The notes: generated from the letters alone by a model not told the origin. 64,000 nt of DNA from Vulcanimicrobiota bacterium (GCA_963786105.1 CAWAXX010000013.1:77529-141528); one strand, 5' to 3'; numbered from the stretch's first letter, positions 1-10,748 are shown. Program-made: numbers and translations.

Positions 1-1
1 C

Positions 2-1609
2 CTCAACTTGCATTCGCCGGCCGGCAAGGGCCAACTCTCGCTAGCACTGGCGGCGTCGCAAGGCGATCGCTTTCTCGATCCTCCGAACTTTACCGCCGTT
101 CACGACGCGGGCGCGCAAACCAACGCGCTCCTACGCTACGCGGTGCCGTTCGGCAACGACTTCGCGAACGTCACCTTCATTCACTCGTACCAATCGTTTC
201 AGATTCCCAACGACGTCGCGGGCGGCGAGCCGGCGTCGACCGACGACAACGAGACGCAGGACGACTCGTTTCTAACAGCGCAAATTCGTCACGCCCTGGC
301 TTCCGGCGGCGCGTTCACGTATGGCGTCGGTTTCAAGCAGTCGCGCATCCGCGACTTTGGCGACCTGCAAAACGACTTCATCTACGGTTACAATCTGAAC
401 GCCGCAGGTGGTGGAACGTCGGCCGATTGTGCGAATGGCATCGTCGCCGCGTGTGCGTATTCCCTCAACGCCGATCGCACCGCGCGCGACGCGATCGTTA
501 ACGTCGATGACGTGCTCGACGACGGAAAGCATTCGATTCGCTACGGCGCTTCTTACGATGTAACGACGGTCGAGAAGAACTATGCGGTCACGCTGCAGCC
601 GGGAAATTTTCTCGCGCCGATTCTTACGCCGAAGACTCCGAACGCCGCGTATGCGGTGGTCGACAACGCTCCCAACACCGGTCATACGGCGAGCGTCTAC
701 CTTCAAGACTCATGGGCGATGTCGCCGATCTGGCTGCTCGACTTGGGCATTCGCCAAGACGTCTTTACGATATTCTCGACGCAGTTCCGGGAAGGCTTCG
801 CGCAGACGAGCCCGCGCGCGACATTGACGCGGCTGTACGGCCAGCGAGCGAGCGCGTATATTTACTTCGGGCGTTTTTTCACGCCGTTTTCGCTTGAGAA
901 CGTCTCGCCGAGCGCCGCCCATCTGCTCGATCTTCCGAATCAACCGGCCCCGGCGCAGTTCGATCTGCGGCCGCAGCGCGACAGCGTGTTTGAGATCGGC
1001 GGCCATCTGCCGATTGGGCGCGGCTCGCTCGGACTGCGCGTCATGCAAAAAGATGCCGTCGATTTGATCGACGACACCCAACTCGGGGTGACCGCACTGC
1101 ACCAAGACATCAACTATGCCGCCGGCAACGTCTCGGTGCAGAGCGCCTACTACCAGCTTCCGTTGGCGGCCGGCGGACGCGCGTACGTGTCACTCACGCA
1201 TGCCCGCTCGGTAAACGCCGGCTGTGAAACCCAGTTGCTGGCGCCGTGTTTCGGGGCACCGGCCGGCTGGACGCCCGCCGATCACGACCAAAACTGGGAC
1301 GCGACCGGCGGCATGTTGAGCAACGACCGGCACGGCGGCTGGCTGGCCGTCGACGGCGAGTACGGCTCCGGCCTTTCTTCAGCCTATTGCCTGCCGGTCA
1401 GCGACGACTGCAAGGTGCCGCCTCACCTGACGTTCGACGTCGTCAAGGGCATCGGACTGCCCGGACGCACGGCCCTGACGATCGGCATCTACAACATCAT
1501 CAACGACCGGTATCGCATCACGTACCAAAACGCCCAAGGCGATCACTACGCGGCCGGGCGCACGTTCGAAATCGGTTGGCGCTTCGCGACGGCTAAAACG
1601 GAGCCGTAA
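2..1609 (+). CDS. TonB-dependent outer-membrane receptor, 5'-truncated by the window edge
   Basis: Frame is open from the window start. Beta-barrel-like motifs YLQDSW, LGIRQD, SPRATL, YFGRFF and C-terminal NIINDRY...GRTFEIGWRF. Paralogous to 1593..4025. Confidence 0.85.
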   Translation, partial: LNLHSPAGKGQLSLALAASQGDRFLDPPNFTAVHDAGAQTNALLRYAVPFGNDFANVTFIHSYQSFQIPNDVAGGEPASTDDNETQDDSFLTAQIRHALASGGAFTYGVGFKQSRIRDFGDLQNDFIYGYNLNAAGGGTSADCANGIVAACAYSLNADRTARDAIVNVDDVLDDGKHSIRYGASYDVTTVEKNYAVTLQPGNFLAPILTPKTPNAAYAVVDNAPNTGHTASVYLQDSWAMSPIWLLDLGIRQDVFTIFSTQFREGFAQTSPRATLTRLYGQRASAYIYFGRFFTPFSLENVSPSAAHLLDLPNQPAPAQFDLRPQRDSVFEIGGHLPIGRGSLGLRVMQKDAVDLIDDTQLGVTALHQDINYAAGNVSVQSAYYQLPLAAGGRAYVSLTHARSVNAGCETQLLAPCFGAPAGWTPADHDQNWDATGGMLSNDRHGGWLAVDGEYGSGLSSAYCLPVSDDCKVPPHLTFDVVKGIGLPGRTALTIGIYNIINDRYRITYQNAQGDHYAAGRTFEIGWRFATAKTEP

Positions 1610-4025
1610 GGCGGACCAACACATTGGCGCCGTTCGCGATCTGCGTCGTGTTGAAGCCGTTGGCGACCTTGATAGGATATTGGTGGTTTAAGACGTTGGT
1701 AACGATGAGCGATACTCCGAGCCCATGGTCTTGCCCGGCTCGGCCGGGCGTGAGGTAGCGGCCCGCCGCGATATCGAACGTCGTGTGGGCCGGCAGGCGT
1801 CCGCTCAAGTTGGCGTTGGCGCTTTCGAACGCGACCGGAAACCCGCTACCGTAATTCCCTTGCAGGGTCGCGTACCATTGGCGAGCGTTACCGAAACGCC
1901 AGGTGTACCCCGCCGTCGAAACGACCGTTTCGTCGTGGTCCTCCGGTGCCAGTTGCGAAACGCAGGATTGATTGGGCGGATTGACGTCGGGCGGGAAGAG
2001 AAACGTCGAACCCGAGACGCAGGCGGCGTACGACCCCGAGATCGTTCCGGTGAAGAACCAGCTATTGCCGTTCGGAAAGCGGTCGGTCAGGCGCACCTCG
2101 AGCCCGTTATCCAGGCCGATCGCGTTGTTGAAGACCGCAAAGAGCGGCGTGTTCAGCAACTGGGTCGTGTCGAGAATGTTTGCGGCGGTCTTGCGGAAGA
2201 CGTTGACCGACCCGTCGAAATTCGGATTGAACGAATGGGCAACGCCGATCTCGAAGTACGAGTCGCTTTCGGGTTTTAAATTGTAGACGGGAGTCGTTGG
2301 GCAACCCGACAGCACGACGCAATCCGCGCGTACGTCCTCGAGTAGGGGCGCCGCATAGAAGCGGCCGTAATACGCATGGACGGTGTTCTTGCCTCCGTCC
2401 CAGACGTTGATGCCGATTCGCGGGCTCCATTGCCAGCCCGACGTATAGCCGGTCGAGTGATCGTAGCGGATGCCGTAGTTGAGCTGAATTCGATCCGAGA
2501 TCTGCCACTTGTCTTGAGCGTAGATGCCGACTTGCGAACCAGCCTGCGTCTGTTGCGGCGAAGCGACGAGATAATACGGCTGTTCGTGCACGCCCGAGGC
2601 CGCGCAGCCGGGGTAGTAACAGCCGAAGGCCTGGTTAGCGAGCAAGTTCTCCCGATTGACGTCGAGGCCAACCTTCCACGCGTGATTCTTCGTCGCACGA
2701 AAATCCGACATCCGTAAGCCGACGTAGCTGGCATACGTATTCGAGAGAAGCCCAACGTTATTGGTTGCGGCCGAGCCGTCGTCGGCGTGCGGGCAGCTCG
2801 CACAGACGAGACCGGAACCGAACGACGGCGTCAGGCCCAATACGTCGTTCGGGAGGTCGCCGTCGTAGTTGATGCGCGTAGACCGCCACCAAGGAACGAC
2901 TTGGAACACACCGTTGCCGTCGCGCGAGGTCTGGGAGTAGTTGAGGTTGGAGAACCGGTCGTACTCGCGTTGCACGTCGTCGGTTCCGGGCGGCGTGAAG
3001 ATTGGATCGTACGGATTGTTCGGATCGGTATTGATCGGTATTTGAAACTGCGCGAGCTGATTGGAATAGTCGAACGAGAGGGTCGAAAGCGGGGTCAACT
3101 GCGTCATAAAGCGCAAGAACTCGTTGCTCTGAGAGGCGTTGTCGTGAATGGCGTCAAACGTTGGTGCGTCCAAACCGCGGACGGTGCTTTGCGTGTTCGC
3201 GTTGAGAAACATCTCGCTCGAGCCGAAGCGGGCGGCGCTCTCGAAGCTGCCGATATTCTGCGACTGGTTTCCCAAGCCGCCGGTAATCGTCGCGTAGAAC
3301 CCCTCGGGAAGATCGGTCGGACGGTTCGTGATGATGTTGACGACGCCGCCCATGCGGTCGCCGCCGTACTCCGCGGGAATGGCTCCACTGAGCAGCTCGA
3401 GCGAGTTGATGTTTTTCGGATCGACGATTTCGGCGAAGTTCGAGGTGGTGGCCAGCGGCAGCGGCGCGCCGTCGATGTTGTACATCACGCCGTGAAAGCC
3501 GTTGACGACGGGTTCGTTATACGAGAACGGGACGACTCCGGGAAGCGTTCCGATCAGTTTGTCGAGGCTGTTTTGTACCGGCGAGGTCTGAATGGCCGAA
3601 CGGGTCAGCTGATTGACCGATGCGGGGTTTGCCGAAACGCCGACGCCGCGGGCGGTAACCGTCGTCTGCGCGATTTGACGGAGTTGCGTCGAGAGCGGAA
3701 CGTCGACCGTGGCCAAGCTGTCGCTGGAAATCGTGACCAACACTTGAAGTTCGTGCGCTCCGGCTGCGCGCGCGACGATCCGGTACGAACCAAACGGCAC
3801 TTGCGCGAACACGTATCCGCCTTTCGCGTCCGTAGTGGTGGTGAAGCGCGAGCCTTCGCCTTCCAGGATTACGCTCGCGCCGGGAGCCGGCTTTCCGTCG
3901 AGGGTGACGGTGCCGCGAACCAGACCGGTCGTTGCGGCGGATGCCTCAACCACCATGGTGATAAACGCGAGAGCCAGGACGAATGCGAAGAAAATGGCGC
4001 GGTGCGCCGAGGAAAATCGGGACAT
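1593..4025 (-). CDS. TonB-dependent receptor with N-terminal carboxypeptidase-regulatory-like domain
   Basis: Signal peptide, GLVRGTV...PGASV...TTTDAKGGYVF domain, plug motif (LLSGAIPAEYGGDRMGGVVNIIT), YAQDKW/GIRYD/SPRIG barrel motifs, terminal Phe. SD GGAGAAGGA. Confidence 0.9.
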   Translation of the reverse strand: MSRFSSAHRAIFFAFVLALAFITMVVEASAATTGLVRGTVTLDGKPAPGASVILEGEGSRFTTTTDAKGGYVFAQVPFGSYRIVARAAGAHELQVLVTISSDSLATVDVPLSTQLRQIAQTTVTARGVGVSANPASVNQLTRSAIQTSPVQNSLDKLIGTLPGVVPFSYNEPVVNGFHGVMYNIDGAPLPLATTSNFAEIVDPKNINSLELLSGAIPAEYGGDRMGGVVNIITNRPTDLPEGFYATITGGLGNQSQNIGSFESAARFGSSEMFLNANTQSTVRGLDAPTFDAIHDNASQSNEFLRFMTQLTPLSTLSFDYSNQLAQFQIPINTDPNNPYDPIFTPPGTDDVQREYDRFSNLNYSQTSRDGNGVFQVVPWWRSTRINYDGDLPNDVLGLTPSFGSGLVCASCPHADDGSAATNNVGLLSNTYASYVGLRMSDFRATKNHAWKVGLDVNRENLLANQAFGCYYPGCAASGVHEQPYYLVASPQQTQAGSQVGIYAQDKWQISDRIQLNYGIRYDHSTGYTSGWQWSPRIGINVWDGGKNTVHAYYGRFYAAPLLEDVRADCVVLSGCPTTPVYNLKPESDSYFEIGVAHSFNPNFDGSVNVFRKTAANILDTTQLLNTPLFAVFNNAIGLDNGLEVRLTDRFPNGNSWFFTGTISGSYAACVSGSTFLFPPDVNPPNQSCVSQLAPEDHDETVVSTAGYTWRFGNARQWYATLQGNYGSGFPVAFESANANLSGRLPAHTTFDIAAGRYLTPGRAGQDHGLGVSLIVTNVLNHQYPIKVANGFNTTQIANGANVLVRLTAPF

Positions 4026-4028
4026 GGA

Positions 4029-4108
4029 TCCTTCTCCGATCTAGGGGGAGCTAGTGCGAACGAAGCGGGTCGCGCGTTTACGCGCGGACGTTCGCGATCG
4101 GAGGAGGA
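4029..4108 (-). promoter_or_regulatory. mRNA hairpin sequestering the receptor SD, with 5' arm formed by the RPPP codons
   Basis: Inverted repeat 4029-4041 / 4096-4108 (12/13 pairs), with nested stems GCGAAC/GUUCGC and CGCGCG-UAAA-CGCGCG around the leader stop codon. Confidence 0.7.
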
Positions 4109-4629
4109 CGGGCGAAGCGGCGTCCCAGCAGTGGCGAGCGCCGGTTCATCGGGACGGGCTGAAGGTGGTGGACCCATAGCAGCGGGCGCTCGGCAAAAGG
4201 CGAGCGCGAAGCAGTGATAACGGCGCCGGCCAGCCGCCGGACGAGCCAGCGGCCGATGGCCAGGACCGCCGCCGCGGCGAGCACGACGACGGCAACGGTT
4301 GCGAGGAGGCCGGCGTCTGCGTGCCGGCTCTCGATGCGCTCGCCGATCGCGAACCACGCTCCCGTCGACGCGACCAGCGATGGGAGGCCGGGCAGGCGAG
4401 TAGCTAGCCGGGCGGAGAGCACGCTCCCGTCGGCAGCCCGACGCGATCCCGACCAGGCCAAGGCCGCGAGCACGAGGGCGAAGCCGCCGCAACCCGCGCC
4501 GGCCAGTTGGACCAAGACGTCGTGGTAGGCGCCGCCCATTTCATGCCCCCCGCCAAAAAGTGCGGTGTGGGCGATTAAGGAGGCAAGCAAGCCAAGGGTA
4601 AGGGCGCCCGGAATCTCCCGAAGGGTCAC
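4078..4629 (-). CDS. His-containing membrane leader protein with C-terminal RPPP motif (putative arrest peptide)
   Basis: C-terminal 183 aa of ORF 4078..6204, GTG start at 4629. About 4 hydrophobic helices, AHTALFGGGHEMGGAYH, ends RRFARPPPIANVRA. Stop is 52 bp upstream of the receptor ATG. Confidence 0.7.
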   Translation of the reverse strand: MTLREIPGALTLGLLASLIAHTALFGGGHEMGGAYHDVLVQLAGAGCGGFALVLAALAWSGSRRAADGSVLSARLATRLPGLPSLVASTGAWFAIGERIESRHADAGLLATVAVVVLAAAAVLAIGRWLVRRLAGAVITASRSPFAERPLLWVHHLQPVPMNRRSPLLGRRFARPPPIANVRA

Positions 4630-4735
4630 CGCGGTTCTTTCTAGGGAGGGATGCGGGGAGGCCTGGGGACTTCGTCGTACTGTCGTGGCCCCCGCCCTCG
4701 CCGCTACTGAACTCGGTGGAAATGGGAGTCTGGAT

Positions 4736-5272
4736 ATGGTTGAAAACGCGGATACCGTGAGCTTGGTTTGCGCACTGCTCGTGCGCTTTCCGGAGCTCGC
4801 TTCAATTCGCTCGTTCCCAGGCGACCGCACCGCGCGGCTCACGTTTGCGCTGCGCCGGCGTCTCGACCGTTCCGCACAGTCGGCGCTGGCCGAAGCGATC
4901 GAGGAGCACATTCGCAGCTTTCTCAGCCTTGCCAAGGACGACGCGCAGACCCTGCGGCTGGAATGCGAGGGCGACCGGTCGATGACGTTCGTCCACATCA
5001 CGCGCGACCTGGAGACCTTCACGAAGGAAGAGTTGGAGCTGCACGTCGGGTTCTTCGGCGAGCGTTTCGGCGACGCACTCGTTCGCAACCCGATGCCCGA
5101 CGACCACGCCGATACCGACCCGGCAGCCCAGGACGAAGCGGCGCTGTACGCCGTCGAAGCCTTGCGCGACCCCGCGCAGTCCAAGAGTCTGGTCGGCTTT
5201 CGAGAAGAGAAGCGCGTGCTCGTGTACTTCTTGAAGTCGCAGAAGAAAGCCAAGGCGTCGGCTCGCCGATAG
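4736..5272 (+). CDS. hypothetical protein
   Basis: ATG at 4736 after GGGAG. Globular, charged composition. Stop overlaps the start region of ymdB. Confidence 0.7.
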   Translation: MVENADTVSLVCALLVRFPELASIRSFPGDRTARLTFALRRRLDRSAQSALAEAIEEHIRSFLSLAKDDAQTLRLECEGDRSMTFVHITRDLETFTKEELELHVGFFGERFGDALVRNPMPDDHADTDPAAQDEAALYAVEALRDPAQSKSLVGFREEKRVLVYFLKSQKKAKASARR

Positions 5273-6069
5273 CCATTCCCGTCGTCCGCGTTTTGCTCAT
5301 CGGGGACGTTGTGGGCTCCCCGGGGCGCGAGACGCTCAAGCGCTGCGTGTCGTTGGCACGAGAGCAGCATCAGGTTCACGCCTGCTTGGCAAACGGCGAA
5401 AATGCCGCCGGCGGTTTCGGCTTGACGGCCCAGACCGCCGACGAGATGTTCGGCAGCGGCGTCGACTTCATCACCAGCGGCAATCACATCTTCGACAAAC
5501 GCGATTTCAAGGATTACTTGGAATCCAGCGACCGCGTGATACGGCCGGCCAACTATCCACCCTCGACCCCCGGACGGGGCACCGGTACGTTCGTCGTCGA
5601 AGGCGTGACGGTGGGTGTCCTGAACCTCATGGGACGGACCTTTATGCCGCCGGTGGACGATCCGTTCCGTTGTGCCGACGCTTTGGTCGACGATCTCCGG
5701 CGCCGGACGCCCGTGATCGTCGTGGACGTGCACGCCGAAGCGAGCTCGGAGAAGGTCGCACTCGGACGCTATCTCGACGGCCGGGTGTCGTGCGTCTACG
5801 GCACCCACACGCACGTCCAGACGTCCGACGAACAGCTTTTCCCGGGAGGCACCGCCTACATCACCGACGTGGGTATGACCGGCCCCACCGCCGGGGTGAT
5901 CGGCATGGAATCGCGCGCCGTGTTGGACCGTTTTCTGACCGGCATCTCGGAACGCTTCAGCGTCGAAAAATCGGGAACCAAACAGTTTTGTGCCGCAGTT
6001 GTGGGGATCGATACGAACACCGGCAAAGCGACCGAGATCAAACGCATCTTCCAACGAGGAATCGCGTGA
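5269..6069 (+). CDS. ymdB: TIGR00282/YmdB family metallophosphoesterase (start uncertain)
   Basis: Motifs IGDVVG, NGENAAGG, TSGNH, RPANYP, DVHAEASSEK, GTHTHVQT, TDVGMTGP. Lies upstream of spoVS. Confidence 0.92.
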   Translation: MAIPVVRVLLIGDVVGSPGRETLKRCVSLAREQHQVHACLANGENAAGGFGLTAQTADEMFGSGVDFITSGNHIFDKRDFKDYLESSDRVIRPANYPPSTPGRGTGTFVVEGVTVGVLNLMGRTFMPPVDDPFRCADALVDDLRRRTPVIVVDVHAEASSEKVALGRYLDGRVSCVYGTHTHVQTSDEQLFPGGTAYITDVGMTGPTAGVIGMESRAVLDRFLTGISERFSVEKSGTKQFCAAVVGIDTNTGKATEIKRIFQRGIA

Positions 6070-6076
6070 CGCGACG

Positions 6077-6421
6077 ATGAGCGCCGACGGACCGTTAAAG
6101 GTTTCGACGAAGAGCAATCCAAACGCGGTGGCGGGTGCCCTCGCGGCGTCGTTGCGCGAACGCGAGAGCGCCGAGCTGCAAGCGGTCGGCGCCGGAGCGA
6201 TCAATCAAGCCATCAAGGCGGTCGCCATCGCTCGCAACTATCTCAAGACTGCCGGTATCGACATCGTCTGCGTTCCCGCGTTCATCACCGTTGCCATCAG
6301 CGACAACGAACGCACCGGAATCGCGCTCGTCGTCGAGCGGCGCCCCGCACGACAAACTATTGAGGAGGCTACGATCCTGGAACCATCGACGCAAGACGAC
6401 GGCATGACGGTGCCTGAGTGA
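6077..6421 (+). CDS. spoVS: Stage V sporulation protein S family
   Basis: LKVSTKSNPNAVAGALA...QAVGAGAINQAIKAVAIAR...PAF...ERT signature. ymdB-spoVS synteny. Confidence 0.93.
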   Translation: MSADGPLKVSTKSNPNAVAGALAASLRERESAELQAVGAGAINQAIKAVAIARNYLKTAGIDIVCVPAFITVAISDNERTGIALVVERRPARQTIEEATILEPSTQDDGMTVPE

Positions 6422-7229
6422 AAATAGACCTGCACTCGCATACCAACGTCAGCGACGGCACGCTGGTCCCGCAGGCGTTGGCGGACTTCATGGGCGAGCG
6501 GAAGGTCGAGATCTTCTGCATCTCCGATCACGATACGCTGGGGGCCTACGGAAAGTTCGAACCGCCGGCCGGTTCGCGCTACATTACCGGGATCGAGATC
6601 AACACGACCTGGCGCGAAAACGAAGTACACGTGCTCGGATACAACGTCCCGCTCGGGCCTTCGTCGATCAACGAACTGCTGGAATTCAACCAGGATCAGC
6701 GCCGGATGCGCGCTCAGACGATGGTCAACCAACTGCGCGCCGCCGGCTACGGCCTGACGCTCGATGACGTGCTGCGCGAATCCGACGAAGCGCACTCGGT
6801 GGGGCGCCCGCACGTGGCCAAAGCGCTGGTTCGGGCGGGCATGACCGAAAGCGTCAGCACGGCCTTTCGTGATATGCTCGGACGCGGGAAGCCGGGCTAC
6901 GTGCCGCAGCTTTACACGACGCCGCAACGAGCCATCGAGACGATTACGGCGGTCGGGGAATTCCGGTGCTGGCACATCCGGGACGCTTGCGCGATCGCAT
7001 CCTGATCGACGAGCTCGCACATCACGGCTTGAAGGGTCTCGAAGTCTTCTATCCGTTGCACGAGCCGAGCGACGTCGCGGAGTTTCGCGCCAAGGCGCAG
7101 GAATACGGTTTAGTGATGACTGCCGGGATGGACTTTCACGACATTCGCTATCACACCCAAGGCGTCGGGATGGAGGTCGACGAGGCCGACGTCGCACCGT
7201 TCCTCGAACTCGTCGAAGTCTTCGCGTGA
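6418..7229 (+). pseudogene. PHP-domain phosphoesterase split by a 1-nt frameshift near 6955-6960
   Basis: DLHSHT..SDG, ISDHDT, GIEIN, HVLGY, GRPHVA in frame 6418..7005. VLAHP, GLEVFY and GMDFH continue in frame 6966..7229. One extra G in GGGG restores AVGGIPVLAHP. Confidence 0.8.
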
Positions 7230-8728
7230 TCGCGGCGGCGGCACTCGCCCTGGCGATCGACGCGCCTACGCGAACGCCCCGCCTGAAGCACTCGATCGTT
7301 GCCGCGGAGGTCTACGATCTCGACGCGCATCGCGTGCTGTTCGCACGCAACGCCGCAAAGCTGATGGTCGCCGCGTCCACCACGAAGCTCTTGACCGAGG
7401 GCACCAGTTTAGCGCTGCTCGGGCCTGGCTTTCGCTGGACGACGCCGGTGTATCGCACCGGACCGATCGACGCGCGCGGCGTCGTGCACGGCGATCTGGT
7501 GCTCGTCGCCGGCGGCGATCCTAACCTGTCGCAGCGTATCCGCAGCGATGGTACGCTAGCGTTTGAAGACGAGGATCACGCCTACGACGGCTCGGCCGAA
7601 ACCAGAGCCGTGCCGGGCGATCCGCTCGCAGTGTTGCGCGACCTCGCCGCTCAAGTTTCTAAAGCCGGGGTAACGGCAATCGACGGCCGGGTGCTAGTCG
7701 ACGGTTCGCTCCTTCCCGATCAAGGTGCGGAATCGGGAACGGGCGTCACCGTCTCGCCGATCGTCGTCAACGACAACGTGATCGACGTCACCGTGACGCC
7801 GGCGAGTAGCGCGGGGGGCGCCGCCACCTTGACGGCTTCCCCGCGGACGGCATACGTGACGTTTGTAAATAAGACGACGACGGGCGCCCTAAAAAGCGAC
7901 GCGACCGTAGACATGAGCCATGATGTAGCCGATGCGAACGGCCGGCATACGGTGACCGTTACCGGCTCCCAGCCGATCGGTCCGAGCGTGCTCTATGCCT
8001 ATCGAGTTCCCGATCCGAAACGGTTCGCGCAAGACGCGTTCACGCTCGCGCTGCGGGAAGCGGGCGTCGCCGTGTCGTCGCCCGCGAGCGCCGCGCCATC
8101 CGGCATCGCGGCGCAGCAGGCGTTCGTCCCGGCGAATCTCGTCGCGCAGCACGTCTCACCGCCGCTTTCCGAAGACGCCTACATCACGTTGAAGGTCAGC
8201 GACAATCTGCACGCCGCGCTGATGCCTTACCTTTGGGCGGTGTATCTCGCTCATGCCAAGAACGACTATCTTCGCGCGGGTTTCGCGTTGGAAGCGCAGC
8301 TGTTGCGTCGAGCCGGGCTGAACCTCCAAGAGGCAGCTCAGGAAGACGGCGAGGGCAGCAGCGCGTTTTTCACCGCCGATTTCATGGTGCGCTATCTGGC
8401 GTGGGCTCGTACGCAAGTCTGGTATCCGTTCCTGTTGCGCGGCTTGCCGATCATGGGCGTCGACGGCACGCTGGCCAACATCCAAAAACACTCGTCGGCG
8501 CGCGGAAAGGTGTTCGCCAAGACCGGTACCGACGACAGCGAGAACTTTCTCGGCGGCGGCAGCGTCATCGAAAAAGGCCTAGCCGGCTACATCACCACGC
8601 GCGCCGGCCGCCATGTCGCTTTCGCGTTTTACATTAGCGCGTTCAAAGGACCGCACGACGAAGATACGGGCACGGTTGCCGGTCAAATTCTCGGCGCGAT
8701 GGCGGGAGCGACGTACAACGCGATCTAA
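7226..8728 (+). CDS. dacB: D-Ala-D-Ala carboxypeptidase/endopeptidase (peptidase S13, PBP4-like)
   Basis: SxxK (STTK), GGDPNL, SDN, GVDGTL and KTG motifs. GTG overlaps the PHP stop (GTGA). Confidence 0.88.
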   Translation: MIAAAALALAIDAPTRTPRLKHSIVAAEVYDLDAHRVLFARNAAKLMVAASTTKLLTEGTSLALLGPGFRWTTPVYRTGPIDARGVVHGDLVLVAGGDPNLSQRIRSDGTLAFEDEDHAYDGSAETRAVPGDPLAVLRDLAAQVSKAGVTAIDGRVLVDGSLLPDQGAESGTGVTVSPIVVNDNVIDVTVTPASSAGGAATLTASPRTAYVTFVNKTTTGALKSDATVDMSHDVADANGRHTVTVTGSQPIGPSVLYAYRVPDPKRFAQDAFTLALREAGVAVSSPASAAPSGIAAQQAFVPANLVAQHVSPPLSEDAYITLKVSDNLHAALMPYLWAVYLAHAKNDYLRAGFALEAQLLRRAGLNLQEAAQEDGEGSSAFFTADFMVRYLAWARTQVWYPFLLRGLPIMGVDGTLANIQKHSSARGKVFAKTGTDDSENFLGGGSVIEKGLAGYITTRAGRHVAFAFYISAFKGPHDEDTGTVAGQILGAMAGATYNAI

Positions 8729-9345
8729 CGCGCGAGGGCGGCGGCGACGGCCGCGCGCACGCGACCAACGGCGTTGTCCCCGTCGCTTTCGTACCGGACG
8801 AGTTTCGAGGCTTGATCGGCGATCGCCGATTCATCGCGCATGAAGCGATGATTGACGCGCACGTTAAGCGCGCATGCGGCCAGCGCGGCAGCGCCGAACT
8901 CGGCCGCGCACCCCACATCGCTGGCGAGGTTGCGGTTCGGAATCTGCAAGAGGCGATCGGCGAGGCGAACGACGTCGAGCGCGAGCGCCGCGGTCTCGAG
9001 CGGTTCTTGCGCCGCCGCATGTAACGCCGTTTCTAGCGCCTCACGGCGTGCGGTCGTTTGTTCCGGCGTTTCCTTGGGCAGCGCTTGCGCCGCAACGACG
9101 CGGCCGAAGGCGCGTTCGTCCCGGTCGCGCGCGGTCGCGAGCCGCAATCGCAGGCCGTCGCCGTCGGCAACGATCTGGCGCAACGCGCCGGCGTGCTCGG
9201 CATAACTCGGATTGCGCTCGCAAATGCGCGCGACCATTGCGACTAATGCCGCACCGATCGACGCAACGATGGCCGCGGCGCTGCCTCCGCCTGGAACCGG
9301 CTCGGCGGACGCGAGGTTGTGCAGATACAGATCGATGGTTTCCAC
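8725..9345 (-). CDS. Cyclodeaminase/cyclohydrolase family protein (FTCD C-terminal domain)
   Basis: LASAEPVPGGGSAAA...GAALVAMVA, DERAF, NLASD, LNVRVN. Confidence 0.88.
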   Translation of the reverse strand: METIDLYLHNLASAEPVPGGGSAAAIVASIGAALVAMVARICERNPSYAEHAGALRQIVADGDGLRLRLATARDRDERAFGRVVAAQALPKETPEQTTARREALETALHAAAQEPLETAALALDVVRLADRLLQIPNRNLASDVGCAAEFGAAALAACALNVRVNHRFMRDESAIADQASKLVRYESDGDNAVGRVRAAVAAALAR

Positions 9346-9439
9346 GTTCGGTCAGTTAGCCGGGCACCGCGTTGCGCCTTCGGTGGAGACCTCGCCGGCG
9401 GACCCGGCACCACGGCCGCCGAAGGATGAGGACCGCTAA

Positions 9440-10747
<1,308 letters not shown>

Positions 10748-10748
10748 A

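Noticed and set aside
4078..6204. 708-aa ORF taken as one protein
   Set aside because: The N-terminal ~525 codons are the antisense shadow of ymdB and its neighbours. Only 4078..4629 looks coding.
6077..6421. spoVS as evidence of sporulation
   Set aside because: SpoVS homologs occur in non-sporulating bacteria, and no other sporulation genes are present here.
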